DNA of 64,000 nucleotides, from positions 20,709,476-20,773,475 of the forward strand of contig CM119267.1 of NCBI GenBank assembly GCA_051294375.1, read 5' to 3'. Below are positions 27,013 to 40,181 of this stretch, piece by piece. Under the pieces are notes generated by a model that was not told the origin of the DNA, did not search any database, and saw only the letters and a list, made by a program, of their open reading frames with translations. The DNA is from Paraspadella gotoi. Taxonomy: Eukaryota > Animalia > Chaetognatha. How positions within the stretch are numbered: position 1 is the first letter of the stretch; every line of letters begins with the position of its first letter. The translations under genes were made by a program, and so were the position numbers.

Positions 27013-28300
27013 AAAGGGATGAGACCCGAGAGGCGGGTTTGTCGGGGGGGGGAAGGTTAATGGTTTTCACAGGGGTTGTCAACGGATTCCATCGGGTTAG
27101 GTCGCGTCTCTTTGGAGAGGGACGCCCTGGGTGGGTAGGTTTCGTCGAAGGGTAAGGTTTCATCGAGGGTAAAGAAAGGCGGGGTTGCACTCTCGTCACG
27201 AGGGCGACGCGTGAATCATTCCATTTCCTAGAGCGGCTTCTCTGTCCATTCTTTGTTTTTCAAGGCGTGAGAGAGCAGAGGAGCGACAGAGAGGATGAGA
27301 GAGCCAGAGAGATGCAAGAGAGAGCAAGAGAGACGAAGAAAGAGAGATCAAGATTAGTCACTAGATAAGACTAGAATAGATAGAATTAGATAAGAAGAGA
27401 GAGAGAGAGATCAGCAGCAGAGAGAGAGAGAAGATTAAGAGAGAGCACTGACGAGAATAACAAGAAGAGAAAAAGAAAGAGAATTTTCAAAAGCGAATTA
27501 TTCATTAATCACGAAATTATAAAGCCGGAAAGCATGTGGAAAGCATCTTGCAATCTCTGTCAATTTGGTTATTAGGCGAGAACGAGTTCACTAATAAGTG
27601 CGTGAAACTTATATAAGGTTCCAAATTTGATAAGTCAATGTCTCCCACGACCATCTCTTCCTTCTTTTTTATTAATCGGTTGTACCCCACATTTCAGTCA
27701 TTGTTTAAGCGAAAAGAAACTATTAAGATTAGAACTCTCACCCTTTAAAAAGGGTTTAAAGAATATGAGGAAATTCCGAACCATTAAATACGTACGAATT
27801 TGCCAGTACTCAGGTCGAGCACTGACATCCACAATTTTCTCTCGAAAATATCTTAGAATTTTTCCAGTTGGCAAGTTCTCAACCAAAAACTTCTCATTTT
27901 CCCTCTCAGCGGGATAATTTCCCATCCGAAGTTTCCTCCTACCCGTTGGAAAAAGCTCGTCCATCTTTTCCCACACTCTGGGCAGAAATCCGGCCCGTAC
28001 GTAAAGAAACGATGAAGACTTTTTAACAACCGAGCCCCAAAAAATTTAATCCAAACGGGAGAATCTCGCGGCGCCCTAGCTGAGCGCCTCCTAGCGCACG
28101 CCGGCGGCGTGCGCGGCTGCGGGCGGGGCCATCCTGATCGCGCTGCCCGCGCTGCGGGACGAGCAGCGCTGCGGAGTCTGGTGTTGACGCCGTCTTGTTC
28201 ATCAGCTACTGGTGCGCAATTCCGCGCGACCCTTTCATTGGAGGTCTGTCACACTCTCCATACACCAAATTTCCCGCCAGCGTCCGCGGGTTGTTTTCAG
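24810..28300 (+). repeat. Indel-rich direct copy of 21758-24724 (probable gap-filling artefact)
   Basis: Colinear matches throughout (e.g. 22330-22400 vs 25425-25505; 23880-23994 vs 27110-27232); differences are mainly single-base insertions; separated from the first copy by exactly 25 N (24725-24749). Confidence 0.85.
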
Positions 28301-29419
28301 GAATGCTGGGTTGTCTGGGTGGCCACTCGTGACCCTGGACCTCTCTCCTCCTCTCTCTCTCTTCCGCTCTCTCTCTCTCTCTCTCTCTTCTCTCCTCTCT
28401 CATCATCGCGTCTCCTCTCCATCTCCACTCGTTCTCTTCTGGCCAAACTTCTCATCCCTTCCCCCTCTCCGTCCCTCACCTTTCTCGTCGTTTTCCTCGG
28501 AATCTATCCCCCCCATCTCCAAGGCTGGATACACGTTAGCGAACCCTCATCGGCATACCAGTAAATCTCCGTCATCCTCGGCGGAACGACCTCCTCTCGC
28601 TACGGTCGCGGCTCCCCGTCAGAGCGTCGGTGGCCCATAAGACACCACACGTCAACCCCGGGTGCGGAAATCACCGGCAAATCTAGGGATTCTTCCACAA
28701 GACATAATGTTCTTTTCTTTCGAAAGTAGGGAAGAAATACCATAAACCTGAATACAAAAAAATCAAAAAGTATTAAAGAAAGCTGTCGCTTTTAATGTCC
28801 GACTTTTCCGATTTTTTTCTTAACACCTGCTTTAATTTTCTTTTTTGCACAATTTGCGTCATCCAACTTTTTTTTTTTTATTTTCACAGGTTTATTCTTT
28901 TTTCAATAACCAATAAAAAATCAAGATCAAATCAACAAGCGAAGAACAGACGATGTATATCGCTCACCGAACACACAAAATGATTTGAAACAACATTAAT
29001 GTAATGTTTATTTTAATAACGAGTGTTTGTGCATCCAAAAAGCCACGACAGTAACAAAACGATTTCCTTCTCTCTCTCTCTCATACGACAGTTATTTTCT
29101 TTTGTTTTTGCCTCCTAAGATCAATAACGCATACCGGCTGTCGTATTCAAAGTTGAATAAACGCAAACATCTTCACCGTGATTAAACAAATTTAGTCTCC
29201 TTCGACTCCTTTGTCGAGAAGACATCGACGCAGTGCTCCTTCCCCTCTGCGTCCCCGACTATACTCCTCAGCTAACAAGAGTAACTATCCAACCTCTCAT
29301 CGCCTATTAACGGAGAGTACCAATTCTCCGTTGTAGCAGTAGAAAAAGGAGAATTCTGCACAAACTTCACGCAGTCCCTAGTGTCGGGAAGCGAGGGTTG
29401 TTGGACGAAGCTTCCTTAA

Positions 29420-30130
29420 AGTAGGCAAACTGATTTGGTTTACTCCGCGCGCGAGTTACGTACGTTCCGGCTTGTGAGTTCTTTATCGGTTTATCAGGAT
29501 TGACCAGGCAATAAAAAGAAAGTGGAAGGTGCGAGGGTTGTCCCAACGTGTCGGGTCGACACCCCCTTTATGACGAAAAAGGTTTTGGCACACACCCTGT
29601 ACAAAGTATGATATCGCCAAAATGAAGTGATCTGAATAATTATCTGGTGAAGTGTGTGCGCGAGTATCCTGAGAATTTCTGCTTGGACCCAGCGGCGCGG
29701 TAGAGACTTAAGGATCGGAGAGATTAGCGAAGTGTAAGCGACGTCTCTCTCAGCTGAAGTGGCGCGCTGGCACGAAATTGGCTTGAAACAGATAAGCTGC
29801 ACCGCTTTTCCTTTCCCCGTCCGGACGATCGAGTTGCCGCGGGTACTGCGTTCCCGAAGCATCCACCCTAGAGAGTCGCGATGTGATTAAGAGTAGTTTG
29901 TGCGCGAGGAGTTTAGCTTTATTTAGAAGATGGCGGTCAGCACGGTTGATATCACAGTCACGAGCAGACAAGCCTTGTAAGATATGTTCATGAGATAGAA
30001 GATAGTGCACCCAGAGATCAATAAACACCGACACCACTAACCAAGTATACAACAAGGGGACCAAGTGATCATCAGGGTTATGGAAAACGAAGGAGTAAGA
30101 GTTATAGAATAACTCCAAAACCCCGAGCAA
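29420..30130 (-). CDS. Frameshift-ridden segment resembling a GT61-family glycosyltransferase (POMGNT2/EOGT-like)
   Basis: In order across frames: NSYSFVFHNPDDHLVPLLYT (cf. POMGNT2 HVFHDDLLPLFYT), KLLAHKLLLI, GKAVQLICF (cf. GRLLCF), LINR...SRNV.N; lies in low-quality sequence. Confidence 0.3.
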
Positions 30131-30659
30131 CTAAAACGGCACACGGTTCAGCTAAAAAAAAAGAAAAAAAACATCTGTTTGAGAAGCTAGATGTTCTATA
30201 ACTTCTCACCCCACAAACACCTCAAACAAACAAACAAGTCCCAGTCCACCTCGCCCGCCGCGCCCCTCGTTCGATCCGCAGTCGTGATTCTTCTCGCTCT
30301 GGCGCGCCGAGCGCACCAACAAGTGTGCAAAAGCGCCAGCAGAAAGCTCCTTCGTCTGCCCACAATAATCTAATTTCGTATCACAATCTCCTTTGGCCAC
30401 GATGCAGAAGAGAGAAGTATACCAGTACTTTCAAAAGTGGTTCAGGGAAGATCTGAAGTAAAGGAGGCTACTTCCCGGAAGGCGGAGACCGGCATCGTTC
30501 TGCATGGTTATTACATCAGAGATATGACAAGTAACCGGTATTTGACAGAGACAAAAAAGTGACTTACAAGGCAGCAACGAGCGAGCGCGCGAGCGAGCGA
30601 GTAACCCACACTGGATATATCGGTCGCGAGACAGAGATCGGTGAAGCGAGGCGACCCCG

Positions 30660-32380
30660 AGGCAAGTGGCGGAGTGCCGAGCGAGCCCGCGAAAGGCCAG
30701 AAGGAACGTTGCCACCGCCTGCGAGGGGGGAAACCTGAAACGGTGGGCGTGGTGAATTTGTGTTGATAAAGAAGGAGTTCATGGCGGGTGGGGGAGACGC
30801 GGTATCTTCATTTTTAGAATCTCGCAAGCGTTGGAGAAAAAAGTTTGGAGAAGGGGGCTGGCCCTATCTCTTAGCTGCTTGAGCTAGTAACCTCTGTAGT
30901 GATCTCCAAAATATTAAGTCGAAATATTCGTTTTGTTGAACCAATTCTGAAACGGTTTAGGCAACTAAATTTAGTTAAAATAATGTAATGGTACTCTTAC
31001 CTACTCCCCTTTGAAAAATCAATCGTATTCACAAATTAACATAATATTTTTTCAACAATTTTTTATCTTCCCTCACAAAGCTCTCTTTCGCGCCCTCTCT
31101 GTTTCATTCGTTCGTGAAGCTAAATAATTGTAAAGGTTAAGCCGATCGACGAGAAAAAACTGCTGAGAAAGCGAAGCGGAGAGAGAGAGAGGAAAAGTGA
31201 AAAGCCACTCAGATAGAGAGAGAGTTAGAGAAAAAAAGGAAAAAGAAGACTAAAAAAAATAAAATAAAAAAATAAAAGAAGAGAGAGGGAAAGTAAATTT
31301 AAGAATCAAAAGGGCGTTTTAAAAATTTTAGTAATAATAGCTTTATATCAGTGACGAAAAATCTTTACTGTAGCTGTTCAACTGTTTTTTATTTACCCTG
31401 GCACCGTTATCTTAAATTTATTAGGAATTTCCGCCGCCGAAAGCGACATCTGGCATCGCCGCCTTTCAAACTTTTCATCCGGTTCGCGGCCCCGGGTTCT
31501 CGGATTTCAAAAAAAAGAGATTTCCTCTTAATCTAAAGTCTCCCGATCATGTCAAAATTTAAAAAAAAAAAAATCCTAAATTCACCATCCTTAGCAATAC
31601 GAGTTTTCCTCTTTCAATTTTTAAATATCTTTTTTTACTCCTTTTTCAGCCATATTTTTTTCTTGTTTTTTTGAAGCTTAGCATTTATTTCACACTCTTA
31701 GCTCAGAGATAAGATCCAGTAAATTTATCGCTGTTTTGAGTACTGAGAAGAACTATTTGTATCCATAAGGTATTTATGATAGAGAGACAAACTAAGAATG
31801 ACGAGGGATTGGTGAGTGGTGGTTTGTGGAGAGAGAGAGAGAGAAGAGAGGAGAGAGAGAGAAGAGAGAGAGGGTGAAGTACACCAACTATATGTATGGT
31901 CTTTACCCTCGTACATAGATACTCTCTCTTATACCAAGTCGTCCTCTCTCTCTCTCTCTTCTATCAACCAGCTCTCCCAAAATTTACCGGCTGAGCAATC
32001 GAAGCTGTCCAACAAACATAAACCATGCTAAGCTCAAACAAGATAAAAAACACTCAACTCACCAAGATAATCTACCTGGGTACACGTCATATCCTGAGAC
32101 AGTTTAATATGATTATAAGTCTCATACACAAAATCGTCATCGTTTTTTATATTTAAAATTAATTTCAATTTTTCGAAACAAGAGAACGATAAAAATGGAA
32201 GAGACCACCAATACCGAATTGGAGCTAGTGGGGAGCAGATAAGAGAATAAAGATGAAGTAAAGAACGAAAAGTTAAAAGCTAGATACAAAATAGAAATTA
32301 ATAGTTAAGAAAAGAAATAAAGAAAACAACGCAAGAAAGAAAATGGCAAACAAAGCGGTCGGCGCTGTAAGGGGACGGGA
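30660..32380 (+). repeat. Indel-rich direct copy of ~36470-37887
   Basis: e.g. CTCGCAAGCGTTGGAGA...GAAGGGGGCTGGCC and GAAAGCGACATCTGGCATCGCCGCCTTTCAA occur in both copies. Confidence 0.8.
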
Positions 32381-32789
32381 AACATTTGCTCTGCGAATAA
32401 CTTCAAAAGAGCAAACTTTATCCGAGAACCCGGCCTCGAGTGCTCATTGGGACTTTCATTTTTTATATTTTCTCTTTTTTTGCGAGGCGAGAGAGTTTTG
32501 GAGGAGAAAAAAAAATTGTGCGATGAAAAGCTTAGAACCAAGGCGAGAAGATGTGAGCGCGGACGGGGCGATGGGACCAGCATTCGCTTTCTCGGGCGAA
32601 GGAAAATGCTCTTTAAATATTTTCTTCACACAAAGAAAGGAACAGGGGCAGAAGGATGAGAAAAGTAGAGAGAGAGAAGAAAGAGAGAAGAGAAGCAGAT
32701 GAAGTAAGAAGGACGAGAAGAGGTACAAGAGTAAAAGGGATGAGAGAAGGTCGTCTGGGGTTTGCAACTATGGAGAGATTATAGTGCGA

Positions 32790-33990
32790 TTTTGATGACT
32801 AAATCAATTTATTAACTAATTTTAAACGCCTTTGATCTTAATACTTTCCCTCTCTCTCTTTATTTATTTATTTTTTTTTTTAGTCATCTTTCTTTTTTGC
32901 TCTAACTCTCTCCCTATCTGGGGCTTTTCACTTTTCTCCTCTCTCCTCTCTCCGCTTCGCTTTCTCAGCGATTTTTTCTCGGATTGTCGGCGCGTCGATC
33001 GGCTTAACTTCAATTATTAGACTTCACGAGATGAAACAGAGAGAGGGCGGAAAGAGAGCTGTGAAAAGGGGAGATAAATGGAAAAATATTTAATAGTGAT
33101 ACGATGATTTTCAAAGGGAGTAGAGTAACATTACACTTACTTATTAACCTTCTAAAACTTTATAGTTTGCCTAATCCCGGTACTTCATTCAGAATTGGTT
33201 TCACCAAAGAGACATACTAACATTCTGGACTAATTTTGGAGTTCACTCAGTAGGTTAACGTGCTCTCAACACGCGTAAGGATGAGGAAACAACAGCCCCC
33301 AACTTACAACTCCAAACTACTTTAATGTTGGATTCTCCGAACTGCACAAACTGCATTAGCGAGAATCTTAGAAAGAGACACTCGAGTCGTTCATGCCGAC
33401 ACCTTCGTACCAGGGTTCCCCGACGGCTGTCTGCCTCCGCTCCTATAGGCACTCACGGACACACTCTCGGCTGGAGTATCAAACCATTAGCTGACTTGAA
33501 GTCGCCGTTACAGGGTGTTGCGTTGTTCAACTTCATAAACTGTGTTTTTGTTTTTTCAAATCAACCGGTTTTAATTTATAAAATAATGATAAACTGGCAG
33601 TATTAATCTTAGAACGAAGAGCTGGAGTGATTTGAAAAGGTGAACTATTTACTTTTTCTTTCGCACGTGCCAAGAATAAAATAGATTTATGGCGATGGGC
33701 ACACAATGTGTGGAGGTGCGCGGCGGGTGTGTGATCGAATGGCTCACCGATTCACTGGCGGCTGTTCATGGGTCGTTACGGTTTCGGCGGAATTCGTTTC
33801 ATACTAATTGTGCGTGTCCCCACCTCCTAATGTTATGCTGAGCTATTCTGCGCCGCTGGAGTCGTTGACGTATCTGATATACGACTGACAGAGCGCCAAG
33901 AGTCAGACTAACCTGGCGTGACGTCCGAAGGTTGTTGGGATTCTTAGACCCGGTCTGAATCAAGGTGTTTGTGTGGTTAGTTGGTAAGTA
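32790..33990 (-). repeat. Indel-rich inverted copy of ~36070-37050
   Basis: TAAACGCCTTTGATCTTAATACTTTCCCTCTCTC at ~32823 is the reverse complement of ~36995-37030; TATGGCGATGGGCACACA at ~33688 is the reverse complement of ~36230-36250. Confidence 0.75.
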
Positions 33991-35059
33991 CACGTTGATA
34001 TACATATAGTAACCTGATTGTCAGGCATTTCAATAGTTCTCCTATGCAACGCGATAAAATGTGGTGTACTGGTTCTGCATTTGGTATCGATATTCCCTAT
34101 CTTATTTACCAACGAACATGAGGATATTTCATTAGCTATCTTTTTGACACGAGGCTAGAGGCGAATTTTAGGCCATTAGACTGTGCCCAATCGTCAAAAC
34201 CAGTTTATTTAAATCTTTGTCTCTAATCAATGATAAATGAGATGGGAACATTGCTCTATTATTTTGATAACAAGATGGATTTATTAATTATAAAGCCGTG
34301 TTTATAGAGGTTGGGCTATACGAACTGGTATTATTGTTCAATTAAATGAGAATAGCTTGTTACTAGTAATGGATTCGGAAACAATACCAAAGTGGTACCT
34401 CCAATCAAAAAAAAGAGGAATATTCTCAGAAAAAAGTGTAATTTTTTTGTTTTGCCTAAATATTCGCCAGGCTGGATTTATGAGATTATAAGGGGTTTTT
34501 AATGATCATAGAGAGGTACCAAGAATGGGGGTAGGTTGGGGGGCGTGTCGGAGATCGGGTCAATAATTCAGAAATTAAAAATCTTCCACGACACAAAAAT
34601 ATTTCTTTCGGTTCTCATGCTCAGTGTAATGACACAATGAAAAAATAACGTGGCGTTACTGCCTTCCGTGCATAAAAAAAATATCGCTGTTCAATATTAT
34701 CTAGATTCTTATTTTTTAGTTTTTTAGCAAACACAAATCGTTATATTATATCGTTTTTCATTTATGTCGCACCTATCTTCAAAAATACCAATTGCAAAAT
34801 CTTTTATTAATTCGTGGTGAGTTGCTTAGTATATGAACCAAAATCGTTTACCGAGTTGAAAAGATTGATAAGCAATTTTTACAAACGGTTTTACTTATTC
34901 TACTCATTATAGTTCATACGAAATTGTAATAGGAAAAAATAAGAAAAAATAATAGTAGCCAATAGACTAGTGTTTGTCTCAAATAGAAGCGAAAAAAAAC
35001 CTCATTTAAAAAAAATAGATTCGAGGATCGGGAAAGTGGGGAGTAAACCTAAGGCTTAC

Positions 35060-35295
35060 CAATGTGCATCCTCCACGACCGCGATGTGTTTCATCTGGAT
35101 TCAAAATTCAATTTTTATTTTATCTTATTTACCCATTACCCATTTTGGACCAATGGGAAATAAAACGAAAACATTTTGGATGCCTAGGTCCTGCAGGAAA
35201 GGGTACAGTAATTTTGGACTTATTGACCTGATAGAACCCATACGCTCAAGACCTTTTTCAAATCTTGTGAAATTGGGGGCCGAGTAACAGAAATG
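35060..35295 (-). CDS. Two candidate exons (35295-35140, 35094-35060) of an unidentified gene
   Basis: TTTTTTAG|HFCYSAPNF...FPIGPKW|GTAATG and TCCAG|MKHIAVVEDAHW|GTAAG splice in phase 0 across a 45-nt intron; an alternative frame is also possible. Confidence 0.3.
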
Positions 35296-36004
35296 CTAAA
35301 AAATTTTCCTCATTAAGTAGTCATTGACGCTTATCTTGTCTTCAAATGGGGCTATTAGCGTTAGAGATATTTTTTCTAATTCAAAATGGAATGATAAATC
35401 AATAGAAATTAAATTTCCTTGCTATATTTAAACAGAAATTATCAATACAGGGGATTTAACTGCATAATGTTTTTTGCTCTCTTTGTTCAAAATATTATTG
35501 CCAGTTATATACAATTTTTTTAAAAATTTTGTTATTATGAATAAAAACCAAGCAGTGTGTCAAGAGGGCTTGTTAGTATTGCAGTTTAGAAAGATAAGGT
35601 GAAAAATGCTAAATTTTTATATTCAACAGATGATAGAAGGAGGATAGAGAGATGTCCAGAAGCTAGAGGGAAGTTAAAGAGATGAGAGAAGAGGAGAGAG
35701 AGAGAGAGAGACGCAAGACGGGGAAACATTTTTGATATTAGTATCATTTTTGAATTTTAGAAAAAACATTTTAATCAACCTATCAACGTAAATTTCTTCT
35801 GCTAATGTTGTTTTAGCTGGTTAACTTTAAACAGATATACCAAGACAGTTTTAAATCGCCGAAACCAATCACTTGAAACTGATTGGTTACTGGTTAGTGT
35901 GTTGGATTTATTTTGGATTGAAAGGCCAATAAAAGAAGAAGATTGGAATCATTAAAGGTTTTGAAACTGAAATGAATAACGTGATTCTGATAACGTGGCG
36001 TATC

Positions 36005-36250
36005 CTAAATTCGCCTCCCGTATAGCTTGGTGAAATTCAGCACGTCCCATTGGCTTGAACAGATAAGTACTCCACCAACCTTGAGTTCCGGGTTTAATCC
36101 CCTCACGGTCACGCAGGTTAAGTCTGATGGTGTCGTCATAAACACGCCAGTGACATGGGGTGGACAATGTAGATCCAAAACCCTGAGCGCCAGTTGTCGG
36201 GAGATGTCACACACCCCGGCCCTCACACATGTGTGCCCCATCGCCATAAT
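36005..36250 (-). CDS. Candidate exon of an unidentified gene
   Basis: AATAG acceptor, then open frame IMAMGHTCVRAGVCDISRQLALRVLDLHCPPHVTGVFMTTPSDLTCVTVRGLNPELK...; higher GC than flanks; 3' boundary uncertain. Confidence 0.35.
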   Translation of the reverse strand: MMAMGHTCVRAGVCDISRQLALRVLDLHCPPHVTGVFMTTPSDLTCVTVRGLNPELKVGGVLICSSQWDVLNFTKLYGRRI

Positions 36251-38179
36251 CTATTTTTATCTNNNNNNNNNNNNNNNNNNNNNNNNNNNNNNNNNNNNNN
36301 NNNNNNNNNNNNNNNNNNNNNNNNNNNNNNNNNNNNNNNNNNNNNNNNNNNNNNNNNNNNNNNNNNNNNNNNNNNNNNNNNNNNNNNNNNNNNNNNNNNN
36401 NNNNNNNNNNNNNNNNNNNNNNNNNNNNNNNNNNNNNNNNNNNNNNNNNNNNNNNNNNCTTAGCAAAGTGTGAACAGCGAGAGTGGCGGAGTGCCGAGGA
36501 GCCGAAGGCACCGGAACCTTGGGAGAATTCATGACGCGGTCTCTTCTATTTTTAGATCTCGCAAGCGTTGGAGACAAAAAAATGTTTGGAGAAGGGGGCT
36601 GGCCTATCTTAGCGCTTGAGCTACGTAACCTTGTAAGCTTGGAAAGCTAAATTACTGTAGTGATACTCCAAAATTAGTCGAATATCGTTTTGTTGAACCA
36701 ATTCTGAACGGTTTAGGCAACTAAATTTAGTTAAAATAATGTAATGGTACTCTTACTCCCTTTGAAAATCATCGTATTCACATTAAATATTTTTCCAATT
36801 TTTTTATCTTCCCTTCACAAGCTCCCTTTCGCTCTCTCTGTTTCATAATAATTGAAGTTAAGCCGATCGACGAGAAAAAACTGCTGAGAAAGCGAAGCGG
36901 AGAGAGAGAGAGAGAGAAAAGTGAAAAGCCTCAGATAGAGAGAGAGTTAGAGAAAAAAGGAAAGAGACTAAAAAAAATTAAATAAAATAAAAGAAGAGAG
37001 AGGGAAAGTATTAAGATCAAAGGCGTTTAAATTTTAGTAATAATAGCTTTATCAGTGACGAAAATCTTACTGTACTGTTCAACTGTTTACCTGCCCGTTT
37101 TTATTAGAATTTCCCCGCCGAAAGCGACATCTGGCATCGCCGCCTTTCAACTTTTCAATCCGGTTCCGGCGGCCGGGTTCTCGGATTTCAAAAGAGATTT
37201 CCTTCTTTAAATCTCCCACAAGCAATCGAGTTTCTTTTCAATTTTTTAAATATCTTTTTAAACTCTCTTATCGCCATATTTTTTTCTTGTTTTTGAGCTT
37301 AGCATTTATTTCACTTCTTGCTCAGCCGTAAATTTTGGCTGTTTTGNNNNNNNNNNNNNNNNNNNNNNNNNNNNNNNNNNNNNNNNNNNNNNNNNNNNNN
37401 NNNNNNNNNNNNNNNNNNNNNNNNNNNNNNNNNNNNNNNNNNNNNNNNNNNNNNNNNNNNNNNNNNNNNNNNNNNNNNNNNNNNNNNNNNNNNNNNNNNN
37501 NNNNNNNNNNNNNNNNNNNNNNNNNNNNNNNNNNNNNNNNNNNNNNNNNNNNNNNNNNNNNNNNNNNNNNNNNNNNNNNNNNNNNNNNNNNNNNNNNNNN
37601 NNNNNNNNNNNNNNNNNNNNNNNNNNNNNNNNNNNNNNNNNNNNNNNNNNNNNNNNNNNNNNNNNNNNNNNNNNNNNNNNNNNNNNNNNNNNNNNNNNNN
37701 NNNNNNNNNNNNNNNNNNNNNNNNNAAACAAAAAACAGAAAGAAAAAGGAAAGAAAGATTGAGAATAAAAGAATGAAAGTAAGAAACGAAAAAGAAAGCA
37801 AGATACAAAGAAAAATAGTTAGAAAAGAAAAAAAAAACAACCAAAGAAAGAAAATGGCAAAACCAGCGGCGGCGCTGTAGGCGGGANNNNNNNNNNNNNN
37901 NNNNNNNNNNNNNNNNNNNNNNNNNNNNNNNNNNNNNNNNNNNNNNNNNNNNNNNNNNNNNNNNNNNNNNNNNNNNNNNNNNNNNNNNNNNNNNNNNNNN
38001 NNNNNNNNNNNNNNNNNNNNNNNNNNNNNNNNNNNNNNNNNNNNNNNNNNNNNNNNNNNNNNNNNNNNNNNNNNNNNNNNNNNNNNNNNNNNNNNNNNNN
38101 NNNNNNNNNNNNNNNNNNNNNNNNNNNNNNNNNNNNNNNNNNNNNNNNNNNNNNNNNNNNNNNNNNNNNNNNNACTCAC

Positions 38180-38317
38180 GGAAACAAACAAAAGGACGAA
38201 ACGAGTAAACAAACTCGGAATCCGCCGCCGACTCTGATAAAAGAAAGCAGGTCCCGTTTTCAAAGGTTGTTTCGTAATCGAAGGGTGTTTCGCGGTCGAG
38301 GATGTTTCGTCCGCCAT
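38180..38317 (-). CDS. Candidate first coding exon of an unidentified gene (46 aa, hydrophobic end)
   Basis: AAAACATGGCG start context; MADETSSTAKHPSITKQPLKTGPAFFYQSRRRIPSLFTRFVLLFVS; GTGAGT donor in phase 0. Confidence 0.5.
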
Positions 38318-39441
38318 GTTTTCTCTAGGTCGTTTGTTCTCTGAGCATTGCCGCTAGTACGTACGAACATTGCGAGGCCGTTGTTTCTTGGTCTGGTTGT
38401 GTAATTGTACAGGTAACATAATAGTAACATGTCAGCATTAGATATTCTGTGAGCGTAATTGTTTTTCTATTTTCGTATTTCCATTTCTTACCCAAATGAG
38501 GATTTCATTAGCTTTTTTACACGCTACCTCATCGTCAAACATTTATTAAATCTTATGTCTCTAATAATGATAATATGGAGACAATTTATATTTTGATAAA
38601 ATGATATTAATAAAGCCGGTTTATGGTGGCAGACTATTGTTAATTTTATGGTGATTGTTACTAGTAATGGAGCGGAAACCAAGTGGATCTCAAAAAAAGA
38701 GGAAATATTCTCAGAAAAAAAATGTATTTTTTGTTGCCAAAGATTCGCCAGGTGGATTATGAGATTTAAGGGGATTTTATGGATCATAGAGAGGCCAAGA
38801 ANNNNNNNNNNNNNNNNNNNNNNNNNNNNNNNNNNNNNNNNNNNNNNNNNNNNNNNNNNNNNNNNNNNNNNNNNNNNNNNNNNNNNNNNNNNNNNNNNNN
38901 NNNNNNNNNNNNNNNNNNNNNNNNNNNNNNNNNNNNNNNNNNNNNNNNNNNNNNNNNNNNNNNNNNNNNNNNNNNNNNNNNNNNNNNNNTCGTTTATTTA
39001 TTCAAAATTTTTTAAAATATTTTGTATGTACCTAACATTCATGTATGGCTCTCTTACGATCTTGTGATTGTAAATGTGTTTTATTGACATTATGAGCAGA
39101 ATAAATCAAAACAAATCTCTCTCTCTCTGTTGAAAAGGTCATGTCTCGCTGTCTCTTAATTCGAGCGTTTGGTCAAATATTTTAAGGTCAACTTTTTCTT
39201 GTGAAAACTCGCGACGTACTTTTTAGTTTCGTGTAAATGACCAAAGCAGAAACAACGCTCGCCCCGAAGAAACTCATTTCCTACGAGCATTTTGGAAGTA
39301 TTTTCACGTTTTAAATGTGTCTCATAATAAAAACTTTGAAACTCATACAATTTCGTTTTTCTTCTAAAACTCATGTTGGACTCTTTGGACGGGCGACATC
39401 TAGAACGTTTGATTTCGCGAGCGAAAAGAGGAAACTCTTTA

Positions 39442-39564
<123 letters not shown>

Positions 39565-40147
39565 CTCCTGCGAAGCAAAGAAAACTTTTTCTCTCTCCCT
39601 TCATGTCTGTCTTTCGGTCTGTTTCTCTGTGACTTTCTGTTTTTATATCTCTCTCTCTCTGTCTCCCTTCTCTTTCCCTCCCCGGATTTTGTTTTGTTTT
39701 TTGTTTTGGTTCGATGCCAGATTGTTTTTTATTTTGGTAAAAAAGTGAAGGCAGGAGTAAAACTCGGGAAAATAAAAAAAAAAAACCATTAAAAAAATTA
39801 GACTAATTTCGTGAGACCCAGGTTTTTTAATTTGATGAACGGCGCCAGCTTAATCTTCTCGCAGTTGAAGTTTGCAGTCTTTGTACCTAATTTAATCGTT
39901 TTTTTAAAAGTGTGTACATAAATATGTTTAAGTAATTAAAACAGAACTGCGTGAATATGAAATATAAAATGTACTACGTATTTAGGGCAGGTTACTAAGT
40001 ACTAAGCATTTAAACGTAAAAGAGTGAAAAAGAAAAAAAAAATAAAATAATAAAATGTGTATAATAAAAACAGACGGTCTCTCCACGCTTCGACGAGTTT
40101 CAAGCACAGGACTCTTCAGCCACTTGGCGTGCCAAGAGGAATAGAAT

Positions 40148-40181
<34 letters not shown>

